64,000 bases of DNA from Flectonema sp. DT1601 (GCA_964019425.1 OZ025791.1:496001-560000); one strand, 5' to 3'; positions 24,335 through 34,941 are shown, counted from the stretch's first letter. Translations and numbers: made by a program. The notes: generated from the sequence alone by a model not told the origin.

Positions 24335-25390
24335 CTAAATTTCTACAACGAATCTGCCTCTAACTTTTCCACTAATAACTTCAGCAGCAAGTTCCTCCGT
24401 GAGATCCGTAAGCTTGACGGTGCTGGCAATTTGCTTTAAGTGCGAAGTGTTGAGTTCAGTAGAAAGTCTCTGCCAAAGATGCTGACGCTCCTCGCGGTAC
24501 AGTTGCCACGTTTCTGGGTCAGTTTCATAACCTGGACAGTTCCAAGGAAGAGTAGAGTCAACTCCAAGTAAACGAACACCACGCAATATAAAAGGGTACA
24601 CAGTTGTGGATAATTGACCTCCTCCTGCAACACCTGTAGATGCTACAGCGCAACGATACTTTGTTTGTGAAATAGCTGTCGCAAGTGTTTCACCACCGAC
24701 AGCATCAATCACTCCGCACCACTTTTGTTTATTGAGTGGAGCTTGTTCTATTGGGAGACGACCAATGACTTCTGATGCTCCTAATTCCTTTAAGTAATCT
24801 GTGAGAGTGTCTACTCTTCCAGTTGAAGCAACAACATTGTATCCGAGGCTGCTTAAAAGAGAAACAGCTATACTTCCGAGACCACCACCTGCTCCTGTGA
24901 CTAGAACAGGCTGAGAGGTGTTTTTATAACGAGTGAGACCACCTGCTTGCTCCAAATGATCAATACACATCATAGCAGTTATCCCAGCACTTCCTAATGC
25001 CATCACATCCCATGATGTTAAAGAATTAGGCTTGTGTACTAACCAACCTGCTTGAACTCTACAGTACTCAGCATACCCTCCATCGAAACCCTGACCGATT
25101 TTGTTTCCCGTTATAAGGACCTCGTCACCGTTTTTAAATTCATCGCTCTTTGATTCCACTACTGTTCCTGCAGCATCAATGCCAGGGACAACTGGAAACG
25201 CTGCTACACCCTTCTGTCCTAATAAGACCATGGCATCTTTATAATTAACTGTACTGTGTGTCACTCTTATAGTTACCTCTCCTTTTGGATCTTGCTTTGG
25301 GAGCATGTCCATGGAAGAGATTTCCTTCAGTGCTAAACGAGGTGCTTGGGAATCCTTCCCGCTTCTGATTAATGCTCGGAATGGTTTCAT
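24335..25390 (-). CDS. acuI: Acrylyl-CoA reductase AcuI/YhdH-family MDR oxidoreductase (NADPH), bacterial-type, intronless
   Basis: HSTVNYKDA, FPVVPGIDAAGTVVES, DGGYAEYCRV, VLVTGAGGGLGSIAV, VVASTGR, IDAVGGETLA, PFILRGVRLLGVDS and GKVRGRFVV all match the YhdH/AcuI family. Confidence 0.85.
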   Translation of the reverse strand: MKPFRALIRSGKDSQAPRLALKEISSMDMLPKQDPKGEVTIRVTHSTVNYKDAMVLLGQKGVAAFPVVPGIDAAGTVVESKSDEFKNGDEVLITGNKIGQGFDGGYAEYCRVQAGWLVHKPNSLTSWDVMALGSAGITAMMCIDHLEQAGGLTRYKNTSQPVLVTGAGGGLGSIAVSLLSSLGYNVVASTGRVDTLTDYLKELGASEVIGRLPIEQAPLNKQKWCGVIDAVGGETLATAISQTKYRCAVASTGVAGGGQLSTTVYPFILRGVRLLGVDSTLPWNCPGYETDPETWQLYREERQHLWQRLSTELNTSHLKQIASTVKLTDLTEELAAEVISGKVRGRFVVEI

Positions 25391-25933
25391 GTTTATCTCT
25401 TTGTGGAGAGCTGTTTAACTTTAAGGGGGTTAAGAATTTATAAAATATAATCTAACTTCAGTCATACCAATACACCCTGTGGGCTACGCACTAAGAACAT
25501 TAACATCCACACGCAGATCCAGACAATGGTTGCCTTACAGTAATATAAGGAAACTTCTAACCGGAATAGCTAGCGACTTATGCGGAGGACTACAAAAAAG
25601 GAAGAGAAAAAAAAAAAGGTGTCGTTATCTTTTTTTCTTCTTCTTCTTTTATCTTTTCTCTCTGGTTATGTCGGGTTAGCAGAACATCATCATCTCCATG
25701 TGGTCTATTTTTTGTTGACAACTACGGAGCGGAGATTATACTGAAGCCCGACCAACTCCGACACAACAAAACAAATAAAACTAAAATAAAATAAAATAAA
25801 CAAAACTTTTTTGACTAGTTCGTTGACAGCAGAAACAATATATCAGTCAAACTATCACAAAACGGGACAGGTGGATAGTAGTCAGTAAACTTATCATATG
25901 GGTTAGCGTAATAATTTACTGTAGAGGGTAGTA

Positions 25934-26605
25934 TTACCCAGCAATCATTCTTTGAATTGCTTTGCTAACGTCGTTGACGACCTTTTTAACAGCTTTCTGA
26001 GCCTTCATAACTGGACATTTGCTTGGTTTTCCTTCATGGTCAGTTTCAAACACGTCATCTCCGAGAGTGGATGCTTGCTCATGGCTTGTATGTTCTAGTG
26101 TGCTACACTTTGATTCAAGTAGTTTTTTTGTTTCTGTTGGGGTACCTGCTTCTGTAAAATAGACACCGTCAACTAAGATTCCAACCTTCGGGTATTTATC
26201 ATTAAATAAAGAGAAGTAGTGACATATCTTCGATATGATGTCATCAGTTGTTTGTGATGTAACTCTACTCGGGTCAGCGTTATTTAGATTTGGATCAAAT
26301 GTGTAACCGATCCGAATACCAGTTCCAAACACAACAGTTGCGTCTTTAGCTGTTAGGTATTTGTACCAACCTGATTCTCCGTATAGCTCTGCTGATGCAC
26401 TGACATCAAATACAATTCCTCCGATTGAAACAGCGTTCTGATTGCCAGCTAATTCTTTTGCCGATACCTGTTTTTCTGGTAAATCATATCCTACAGAGGT
26501 GGCTGCCATTCTTGCATGTTTTTCAATTCTATCATTACCACCCATTAGTATCCCAATCAACAAGGCAACTACAACACCCAATAAGGAGCTTTGTAAAGTG
26601 TTCAT
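25934..26605 (-). CDS. Cytochrome b5-like heme/steroid-binding (MAPR-like) membrane protein
   Basis: N-terminal hydrophobic anchor; VSIGGIVFDVS..AELYGESGWYKYLTAKDAT..F.TG and KYPKVGIL match the MAPR cyt-b5 pattern. Confidence 0.75.
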   Translation of the reverse strand: MNTLQSSLLGVVVALLIGILMGGNDRIEKHARMAATSVGYDLPEKQVSAKELAGNQNAVSIGGIVFDVSASAELYGESGWYKYLTAKDATVVFGTGIRIGYTFDPNLNNADPSRVTSQTTDDIISKICHYFSLFNDKYPKVGILVDGVYFTEAGTPTETKKLLESKCSTLEHTSHEQASTLGDDVFETDHEGKPSKCPVMKAQKAVKKVVNDVSKAIQRMIAG

Positions 26606-26836
26606 TTTTACTGTAGTGAGATCTTTTGGAAATGATTTTTTTTTTTTAAATTTCTTTTTTTTTTTTTTTTTTTTTATCGTACGAGTTGAGTATTGTTTTG
26701 TTTTATTGTTGTGTGTGATCTGTTAAAGTAACAAAATTGATTTTTTTTTTTTTTTTTTTTTTTTATCTCGTTTTTTTTTGTATTTTCACTCACTGGATCA
26801 CTTTTGTTGTGTGCCTTGCTGTTTTCTTTTTCTTCA

Positions 26837-27467
26837 ATAGCTTAATAATTGCAGCTCCCAACAGGTAGTTAAGCAATTAGATAAAGATGACTGCTCAATA
26901 ATTCACAAGCATTATTAGGCTATCAACATTCCTTGAGAAAAGAAGAGCTGTTACTCATGATTACGCTTTCTTTTTTTCTTTTCCTTTCTCTCTATTTCGT
27001 TTGCTGATGACAAGCCTACCTAGAGTCATCTCGTGGTACAATTCTCTTTTTTTTTCTTTTTTTTTTCGTATCACTAAGCTCGTATGCTTGGTAGAAACCA
27101 ACGCAGCCCTTAAGCATAATGCTGTACCGTGAAACTCGTATTTGATTTACCTTGTTGGACAGGATAATTATAATTCAAGAGTGTTGTCCGACAGGGTTAA
27201 TAATGATATTTAGAAGATGTAATACGTAATTACGTCGTAAAAAAGCTTAATAGAAGGGCATCTCTCAGAGTGCGATAATCACAACAAGACTAGAAATGTG
27301 CATAGTAGGCAAGATCATCTGCTATGTGCATTGTTCACCTAACAGCAAGGCAGTGAAGCTTTATTAAACAGGCAAGTCGGTGAAACCGAGATTCCGTCAG
27401 GTTCAGTTGCAGAGGCAAGATTGTTCTTTTTAGATAATTCTTGTTATTCATTCCGTACTTCTGAACT
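26837..27467 (+). ncRNA. Candidate structured non-coding RNA of unknown family
   Basis: ORF-free segment with several 13-14-bp stems whose non-Watson-Crick pairs are G-U on the + strand (see findings). Family not recognised. Confidence 0.35.
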
Positions 27468-27598
27468 CCGATAATCTAACAATGGGAGAGGGGGTTGGAG
27501 GGAACTTGACATGTTGTAATAGCAATACATTAGATTATGATATTGCTGTCTCATTCAATAACTTGAATTATGTACATCGAATCGTAATCGAAACCCTT

Positions 27599-29868
27599 TT
27601 AATTTCCTCCGATTAATTCATTTAGCTTGTCGGTGTACTCAGAAATGTCAATGTTGCACAAATCAACAGCCAACCATGCCCATCTGTTTTTATTGGTTGG
27701 AATATTACGAAAGAGAGTAACTAATGAATAATATTTCTTACATACCCAACAACAAGAAGCAACAAGACTACTGTCCCGTCAACTGAAAATTTCGAAGACT
27801 TCACCACAGGAGGGTTAACTTCTGCGGAAGGGTGAAAGTTATCTGTTTAGTTTGTTTTATTCAGCTGTGTTTTTGTTTAATAAATTCATTACTCTTCCCA
27901 ACATTCATTTTCTATTCTCTTCAGATCTTCCCGTCAGCGGTAAGTTCCTGTTCACATTAACTGGCGAGCAGAATCCAGAATGAGGGTTTGCTGTACAAAG
28001 CCTTTCTAAACCCCGACTTCCTTCTCAAAGAAAGAATCGGTTTATATCTTCCCGTCAGCGGTAAGTTCCTGTTCACATTAACTGGCGAGCAGAATCCAGA
28101 ATGAGGGTTTGCTGTACAAAGCCTTTCTAAACCCCGACTTCCTTCCCAAAGAAAGAATCGGTCTATATCTTCCCGTCAGCGGTAAGTTCCTGTTCACATT
28201 AACTGGCGAGCAGAATCCAGAATGAGGGTTTGCTGTATAAACCCCGACTTCCTTCCCAAAGAAAGAATCGGTCCAAATCTTCCCGTCAGCGGTAAGTTCC
28301 TGTTCACATTAACTGGCGAGCAGAATCCAGAATGAGGGTTTGCTGTACAAAGCCTTTCTAAACCCCGACTTCCTTCTCAAAGAAAGAATCGGTTTATATC
28401 TTCCCGTCAGCGGTAAGTTCCTGTTCACATTAACTGGCGAGCAGAATCCAGAATGAGGGTTTGCTGTACAAAGCCTTTCTAAACCCCGACTTCCTTCTCA
28501 AAGAAAGAATCGGTCTATATCTTCCCGTCAGCGGTAAGTTCCTGTTCACATTAACTGGCGAGCAGAATCCAGAATGAGGGTTTGCTGTACAAAGCCTTTC
28601 TAAACCCCGACTTCCTTCCCAAAGAAAGAATCGGTCTATATCTTCCCGTCAGCGGTAAGTTCCTGTTCACATTAACTGGCGAGCAGAATCCAGAATGAGG
28701 GTTTGCTGTACAAAGCCTTTCTAAACCCCGACTTCCTTCTCAAAGAAAGAATCGGTCTATATCTTCCCGTCAGCGGTAAGTTCCTGTTCACATTAACTGG
28801 CGAGCAGAATCCAGAATGAGGGTTTGCTGTATAAACCCCGACTTCCTTCCCAAAGAAAGAATCGGTCCAAATCTTCCCGTCAGCGGTAAGTTCCTGTTCA
28901 CATTAACTGGCGAGCAGAATCCAGAATGAGGGTTTGCTGTACAAAGCCTTTCTAAACCCCGACTTCCTTCTCAAAGAAAGAATCGGTTTATATCTTCCCG
29001 TCAGCGGTAAGTTCCTGTTCACATTAACTGGCGAGCAGAATCCAGAATGAGGGTTTGCTGTACAAAGCCTTTCTAAACCCCGACTTCCTTCTCAAAGAAA
29101 GAATCGGTCTATATCTTCCCGTCAGCGGTAAGTTCCTGTTCACATTAACTGGCGAGCAGAATCCAGAATGAGGGTTTGCTGTATAAACCCCGACTTCCTT
29201 CCCAAAGAAAGAATCGGTCCAAATCTTCCCGTCAGCGGTAAGTTCCTGTTCACATTAACTGGCGAGCAGAATCCAGAATGAGGGTTTGCTGTACAAAGCC
29301 TTTCTAAACCCCGACTTCCTTCTCAAAGAAAGAATCGGTTTATATCTTCCCGTCAGCGGTAAGTTCCTGTTCACATTAACTGGCGAGCAGAATCCAGAAT
29401 GAGGGTTTGCTGTACAAAGCCTTTCTCAACCCCGACTTCCTTCTCAAAGAAAGAATCGGTTTATATCTTCCCGTCAGCGGTAAGTTCCTGTTCACATTAA
29501 CTGGCGAGCAGAATCCAGAATGAGGGTTTGCTGTACAAAGCCTTTCTAAACCCCGACTTCCTTCTCAAAGAAAGAATCGGTTTATATCTTCCCGTCAGCG
29601 GTAAGTTCCTGTTCACATTAACTGGCGAGCAGAATCCAGAATGAGGGTTTGCTGTACAAAGCCTTTCTAAACCCCGACTTCTTTCTCAAAGAAAGAATCG
29701 GTCTATATCTTCCCGTCAGCGGTAAGTTCCTGTTCACATTAACTGGCGAGCAGAATCCAGAATGAGGGTAAGTAAACTGTTCAGCAAACAACTTGAGATA
29801 AATAATAATAATAAATAAGACATACCGGTCTCATCGAAACCAACTGAAGGCTGTCTGCGTCCAGGCAT
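27599..29868 (-). CDS. Unlisted 74-aa single-pass membrane protein; 3 exons, intron 1 contains the tandem array
   Basis: Exons 29826-29868, 27746-27842 and 27599-27683 join in frame via GTATG...AAACAG introns: MPGRRQPSVGFDETDNFHPSAEVNPPVVKSSKFSVDGTVVLLLLVVGWAWLAVDLCNIDISEYTDKLNELIGGN*. Confidence 0.65.
27925..29769. repeat. Tandem array of 121-bp units (three 110-bp variants); 15 full units plus a 63-bp partial
   Basis: Unit starts (atcttcccgtcagcgg) at 27925, 28046, 28167, 28277, 28398, 28519, 28640, 28761, 28871, 28992, 29113, 29223, 29344, 29465, 29586 and 29707. Confidence 0.97.
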
Positions 29869-30789
29869 ATTTTGTTATTTGTTTTGAAGAAGTCTGAGAA
29901 GAGGAACCGATGTCAGAAGTTTTTCTAAAATAATGTTACCAATAAAGTAATTAAACCATCCATAGTACCTCCGCCCATGGGAGGAATATGAAAACTCATT
30001 AAGGAACTGCTAAAGAAAAAAGGCATTAAAAAACGAGTACAAAAGGCAACAGTTGGACATACCGTACTACGGACTTAAAAGAGTATGAGAACACTTAATG
30101 AAAAGATACAAAGTGGCAAACGGTTCTTCGTTATTCTTATTTTTTAAAAAAAAAAAAAAATTTTTCTTTTCCATTGTAGTCCTTTATCTATTTGTGAGAA
30201 CTGTTCTTTAGTTAAGTTGAAAAATTATGAAGAAGGCAAGCAGTGCTGTTGTCACGAAACATAAATAAAACTCATCAACAAAATAAATGGGATTTTTGAT
30301 AGGCTTGCGATGAAGATACTGTTTATCGACTAAACGATGCCGTTGTTATTCAAACCATCGACTTGTGAAGAAAAACAGCAGCTATGTAAAGTCAGTTGTT
30401 AACCAGCATGCTGTTACAAACGCTTCTTTTTTTTACAGCAGTTTCCTTATGTCTTTTGTCTTTTATTCGGATGCTTCATTAGTTAAGGGGGCTGGGGTGG
30501 GTTATTAAGTCTGTCTGTCAGTAGTCCTAATCAGGTGTATTTTAGAGATCTGCTACGATCCCTCCGAATCAATCACATTGATAGGAACCCCCTGTTGTTG
30601 TTATTCTTTTTCTTTTTTTTGTCACTCAGTTAATTTCAAATTTTTAAGACATACCAACCAAGTCAGTGATTCACTCAACTTACAATAAAACTATCGCAGG
30701 GTCGGTCCATCAGTGGCAATCCCTTTTCAGGGCACCTTCCAGCCAACGATAGATATGGTAAAGTCTATATCAAGTTTGGTAACAAGATT

Positions 30790-33700
30790 TCACTTTGTAA
30801 TTTCTGATTTAGATGATGAGTCTGAGTCTTCACTACAAACAAGATCAAGAAGAGCCTTCGCACTGTTTTGAGCTTCCTGAGCTTCTGGAGTTGACAGATC
30901 CGAATGAACATCTCCAATACATGAAATTAAAAGAGCGTCACCTCTGAGGATAGTTTTATATTCTTTATTTTGATTAGGTTCACCTGATGTAATAACAGCG
31001 TACAAAGTCTCTATAATACATCTGTAGATGACAATGTCGTTTTGATCACCTTTAAGTGAGTGTTCTGTTAGCGATGATCTAAAATGTTTACGACACCTTT
31101 CAGAAATAAGAGCCTTGTGAAGTTCTACATTAGTATACAGCTGTGAGCACAGTAACAAACACTGAGCTGCAATGTCGGCTGGTTCGGCACTGATACTCAG
31201 CATCGCATACAACTCAACATTCTGAACGAGACCTGCGCAGCAGCTTAGTCGCATTTGATAATCCTTGCGAGTTGATTCTTTGTCTTTCTTTTCATTGTAC
31301 AGTTGCTTTGCTTTCTTTGTACCTGACAACAGACAATGACATATCTCAAGACATGGTTCAAAGAATGAGACGACACTATTTTGAAATGCATAAGACAAAA
31401 CATTATTAAGCTTCGCTATGACTCCCAATTCAAAGATCTGAACAACATCTGTAGTACTACTCGTCACTACTTTAAGAACTAACTTAACATTATGAACGTT
31501 GTTGTTGCGATGTTCAAGTTCGAAGAATGCAAATAACTTAACAGCCCAATGCTTCTTCGCTAACTCTTTTACATATGCAACATTCTCTGTGGCGATACTG
31601 TTTAATAGTTTTAAACCGTACAGTGGAATTGGTTCTTCATCATCCAGCAAGACAATTAATTTAGGAAACAAGTCACTCACAATTAATTGATCAATAGCAG
31701 TCACAACATCAGAACTAATCGTCGTTGGATTAGAAGATGACGCATGAAGATATGGTACGAGGACATCGATGCATATTTTAAGTGACATAAAGCGAGTGTC
31801 TCCGTGTCTACTCTCTAATAGAATTGTTAAGACTTTTAATAAATGTTTCACAACAGCTGCTGCGTGTGTTTCCATTGCCTGTAAATCTTGACTCATACTT
31901 TCAGTAACTAGTAGTAGTTGTTGCATGCAGAAGTTATCACCACCATTACTTTCTGATAAACTTAAACAATCAGCTATCAACTCAATGAGTTCACTACTTA
32001 TCATTAGTGTTCGTAAGGTTGGAGCAGTTAACGTGTGTAGTACTATCGATATTTGTCCTTTCAATTCATCAATTGGTTCTCTAGTAGTCAAACACTGCTT
32101 CAACTTACCGACAACTAACAATGCAGCAGCAGACAGTATAGAAGTGACTGTTTCAAAACACGCAGAAATATAATTATCTGTTTCTTTACTCAGACGTTCT
32201 AAAAGTGGAGTAAGGCGACTACTACATGCGAGAGAGAGGTAGCTGATGTCACAGACTGTGAGTAGTGAAAGAGCTAAAAGAGTCTTACCACGAATAACAA
32301 CAGAGGAATGCTCTAACGATGCCATTAGTCCATGAATTAACTGCTGAGATTGTAGTTCCAGTTCAGTTAGGAATGCTTTGGCATCTGCATCAGCTAAAAC
32401 AGTATTCTTAAAAATATGTTCATGTTGCTGTTGCTGTTGTTGTTGTTGCTGTGGTTGTCCATCAGCAACAACAGCAGCCGTAGCCGTCTGAGTTGCGAAG
32501 TTAACAAATTTCAGTAAGTTGTCGTTCTTTGTTTCTTTTGTTACTTTCTTTGATAATATCAAACAAGCCTTACTTAGTATCAAACTCAAGATATTTAAAC
32601 ACGACTGTAAAGTCCTCGTGTTACTACCATTTGAAAGCCCTGCAACCAATCCACTAGCACCCATCTCAGAGATGACAAGAGGTAGACAATGATGATGGAT
32701 TCTACATATACGTGCGACACTAGATATGGCTGAGGATCTTAGGTATTCGTTCTTGCATTGCTTTGATGTTCCAGTTTGTCCCGCAGCTCCATTAAAGTTC
32801 AATAATAAAGCTTTTATTAAGGGAGCAGTGGCATATTCTTGTGTGTACACCACATCTGAATGCCCCGCAATGTTTTCAATTGTTTTAACGGTGTAGTGAC
32901 GAGTAGCTTCATCTTCAGAGTTTAGCACCGCGCAAAACCCTTCAGAGATACCTTGACTTGTATTCCAGGCATTTCTATCTCCGGGTTGTTGAGTTGCAAT
33001 GTAAAACAGTAGCTCTCCTAAGCATGCGACTGCTCTTCTCTTTACTTTGACATTTTTATCATTAAAGAGAGATAGTAAATGTGATATGATTCCAGTCTTT
33101 GCTAATTCATGATTTATAAATGTCGCATGTCGTATTAAGAGTCCCATTATAAGACATAGTCTAGATTTCAAACCTGGAGGATAATTCTTGTTCTGAACCA
33201 TTTTAACGAACAAAGCCATTATCAGACTGTTGATGAACAAGTTTGCTGTAATTGTTGCTCCACACAGTGTTTCGAAGAATGCGAGGCAATTTTGCTTTTC
33301 TCCGATTGTAGTATGACCTCCAATGGCTTTGTATATCAGCGTTAAGAACTGCTCCAGCGGTCCATTTTGCATATTACATACATCCTGAAGACTATGTGGT
33401 GGGAATGGTAAGCTCTCTGCGTCATATTTAACTTCAGTCAATCGCTCTACACGAGTATTACACATTATAGGCTTAACGTGTGTGTCTGATAAGTGAAACA
33501 GTAATGAGTTAAAGTCTCCAGGAATTAATTTTATTGTTGGTGCTGAGGTGGTTGTTGATGTAGTCGTCTGTTCTTCTGTTTGTTTTACTTCTTTAACGGA
33601 TAAACTTGATGTCTTTGTTGTTAAAGTTGTGTCAGGGATTGCTACTGCTTCTTGGTATTGTTCATTACCTGCTGGAAGGTCTTCTTCTCCCTCTTCGTGT

Positions 33701-34704
33701 TGGGAAGTGCCGAAATCTATTTCAGTATTTGCTTCAAACCCACCCTCACCTTTTCTGTCGTAAGTAGTGGATTGTTGTTCTCTTACCATATTCTGTTGAG
33801 CAGTTGCTGATATTCTTGCGACTTGTTGTCTTCTGCGTTCCCTTGCTTCTTTTACTTCTTTACTGCTCTTGGTTGTTCCCTCAGCCATCCTTTTATTTTT
33901 ATAAGCCTCAAAAGCTGGTTGTTGAGTTGTAACAACAAGGACAGTCTTGTCTTTCCAGAATTCATGATTTGGTAGATCTACCCAGTCAAGACGTTCTAAT
34001 GGATCCTTTTCAAGTAGACCTTCCAAGACGTCGATGAAGCCTCTGCTGCAACCAGTCGGACGAACGTAGTCTTCGTACACAATATTGTGTATTAATCCGT
34101 CTAGTTTTTTATCTACGAAGGGTGGCTTCCCAACATATATTTCATACAGCACAATACCAAGAGACCATAAGTCTGATGCAAAACTCGGAACTCCACCTTC
34201 TTGAAAAAGCTCTGGTGCCATGTACGTCGGAGTTCCAATTTTACGTTTTGCCGCAGTCACATCATCGATATGACATGCGAGACCAAAGTCAGATAGTTTT
34301 AAGAAACCGTGAGCATCAATTAAGATGTTGGATGGCTTCAAATCGCAGTAGATAATTCCTTTTGAATGAATGAAGTTGAGTGCTGATAACAAGTCAGTAG
34401 CAAAGGTTACAAGTGTATCTTCTGGTAAAGACTTGTCTTGTTTAATTAAAGTTAAGACATCTGACCCAGTGCAGTACTCTTCAATCAACCACAAGTGATT
34501 ATTTGTTTCGTACCAGTGATAGAAATGTAAAATATTCGCATGTCGTAGTTGGTGAAGCATCGTTACCTCATTTAGTACTCTACTCCGCTGTGCTTTATCA
34601 ACACTTTTGATAGCGTAGTATTCAACAGTTTTCTTTAACCTTCCTTTGTACACAGTTGAGTGCCTTCCTCTTCCAATCTCCTCGTAAATTTGGTAATTAT
34701 TCAT
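30790..34704 (-). CDS. ULK4: ULK4/RUNKEL-family kinase with C-terminal HEAT/ARM repeats
   Basis: MNNYQIYEEIGRGRHSTVYKGRLKKTVEYYAIKSVDK, FYHWYETNNHLWLI, IIYCDLKPSNILI, GTPTYMAPELF. HEAT region KVKRRAVACLGELLFYIATQ and LLDDEEPIPLYGLKLL is typical of ULK4/RUK. Confidence 0.9.
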   Translation of the reverse strand: MNNYQIYEEIGRGRHSTVYKGRLKKTVEYYAIKSVDKAQRSRVLNEVTMLHQLRHANILHFYHWYETNNHLWLIEEYCTGSDVLTLIKQDKSLPEDTLVTFATDLLSALNFIHSKGIIYCDLKPSNILIDAHGFLKLSDFGLACHIDDVTAAKRKIGTPTYMAPELFQEGGVPSFASDLWSLGIVLYEIYVGKPPFVDKKLDGLIHNIVYEDYVRPTGCSRGFIDVLEGLLEKDPLERLDWVDLPNHEFWKDKTVLVVTTQQPAFEAYKNKRMAEGTTKSSKEVKEARERRRQQVARISATAQQNMVREQQSTTYDRKGEGGFEANTEIDFGTSQHEEGEEDLPAGNEQYQEAVAIPDTTLTTKTSSLSVKEVKQTEEQTTTSTTTSAPTIKLIPGDFNSLLFHLSDTHVKPIMCNTRVERLTEVKYDAESLPFPPHSLQDVCNMQNGPLEQFLTLIYKAIGGHTTIGEKQNCLAFFETLCGATITANLFINSLIMALFVKMVQNKNYPPGLKSRLCLIMGLLIRHATFINHELAKTGIISHLLSLFNDKNVKVKRRAVACLGELLFYIATQQPGDRNAWNTSQGISEGFCAVLNSEDEATRHYTVKTIENIAGHSDVVYTQEYATAPLIKALLLNFNGAAGQTGTSKQCKNEYLRSSAISSVARICRIHHHCLPLVISEMGASGLVAGLSNGSNTRTLQSCLNILSLILSKACLILSKKVTKETKNDNLLKFVNFATQTATAAVVADGQPQQQQQQQQQHEHIFKNTVLADADAKAFLTELELQSQQLIHGLMASLEHSSVVIRGKTLLALSLLTVCDISYLSLACSSRLTPLLERLSKETDNYISACFETVTSILSAAALLVVGKLKQCLTTREPIDELKGQISIVLHTLTAPTLRTLMISSELIELIADCLSLSESNGGDNFCMQQLLLVTESMSQDLQAMETHAAAVVKHLLKVLTILLESRHGDTRFMSLKICIDVLVPYLHASSSNPTTISSDVVTAIDQLIVSDLFPKLIVLLDDEEPIPLYGLKLLNSIATENVAYVKELAKKHWAVKLFAFFELEHRNNNVHNVKLVLKVVTSSTTDVVQIFELGVIAKLNNVLSYAFQNSVVSFFEPCLEICHCLLSGTKKAKQLYNEKKDKESTRKDYQMRLSCCAGLVQNVELYAMLSISAEPADIAAQCLLLCSQLYTNVELHKALISERCRKHFRSSLTEHSLKGDQNDIVIYRCIIETLYAVITSGEPNQNKEYKTILRGDALLISCIGDVHSDLSTPEAQEAQNSAKALLDLVCSEDSDSSSKSEITK

Positions 34705-34941
34705 CGTGGTTCAAATAAATATTGTCTCAGCTGCATGTCGTGTTAATGGGGGACGGTGGTGACCTGTGAAATTTAAATTGTTTATCAGAAATAGGGAAAA
34801 TTTATTTTCTATACTCAACTAGATAATAAATAATTTTAAAAAAAGGGATCTAAAACATTAGTTTGTATGCAACCAGTTATCAATCTGGTAAAGAGGCATC
34901 AGGTCGTTGTTGTTGTTACCGCAGGAACCCATCATAAATGA

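Noticed and set aside
27067..27490. Group I intron, RNase MRP or telomerase RNA identity for the structured segment
   Set aside because: Only fragmentary resemblances (aacgcagcc, gactag, cctaac). No S element, no convincing P4 pairing and no full CCCTAA template, so it is left unassigned.
27925..29769. CRISPR array (constant repeat with intervening segments, ending on a repeat)
   Set aside because: The intervening segments are near-identical variants rather than unique spacers, the repeat is 63 nt, there are no cas genes, and the context is a eukaryotic intron.
27925..29769. SL RNA, 5S rRNA or U2 snRNA tandem array, or a coding repeat
   Set aside because: No match to the spliced-leader, 5S or U2 sequences I know beyond ATATCTTC. 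Units of 121/110 bp are not multiples of 3 and no long ORF crosses the array.
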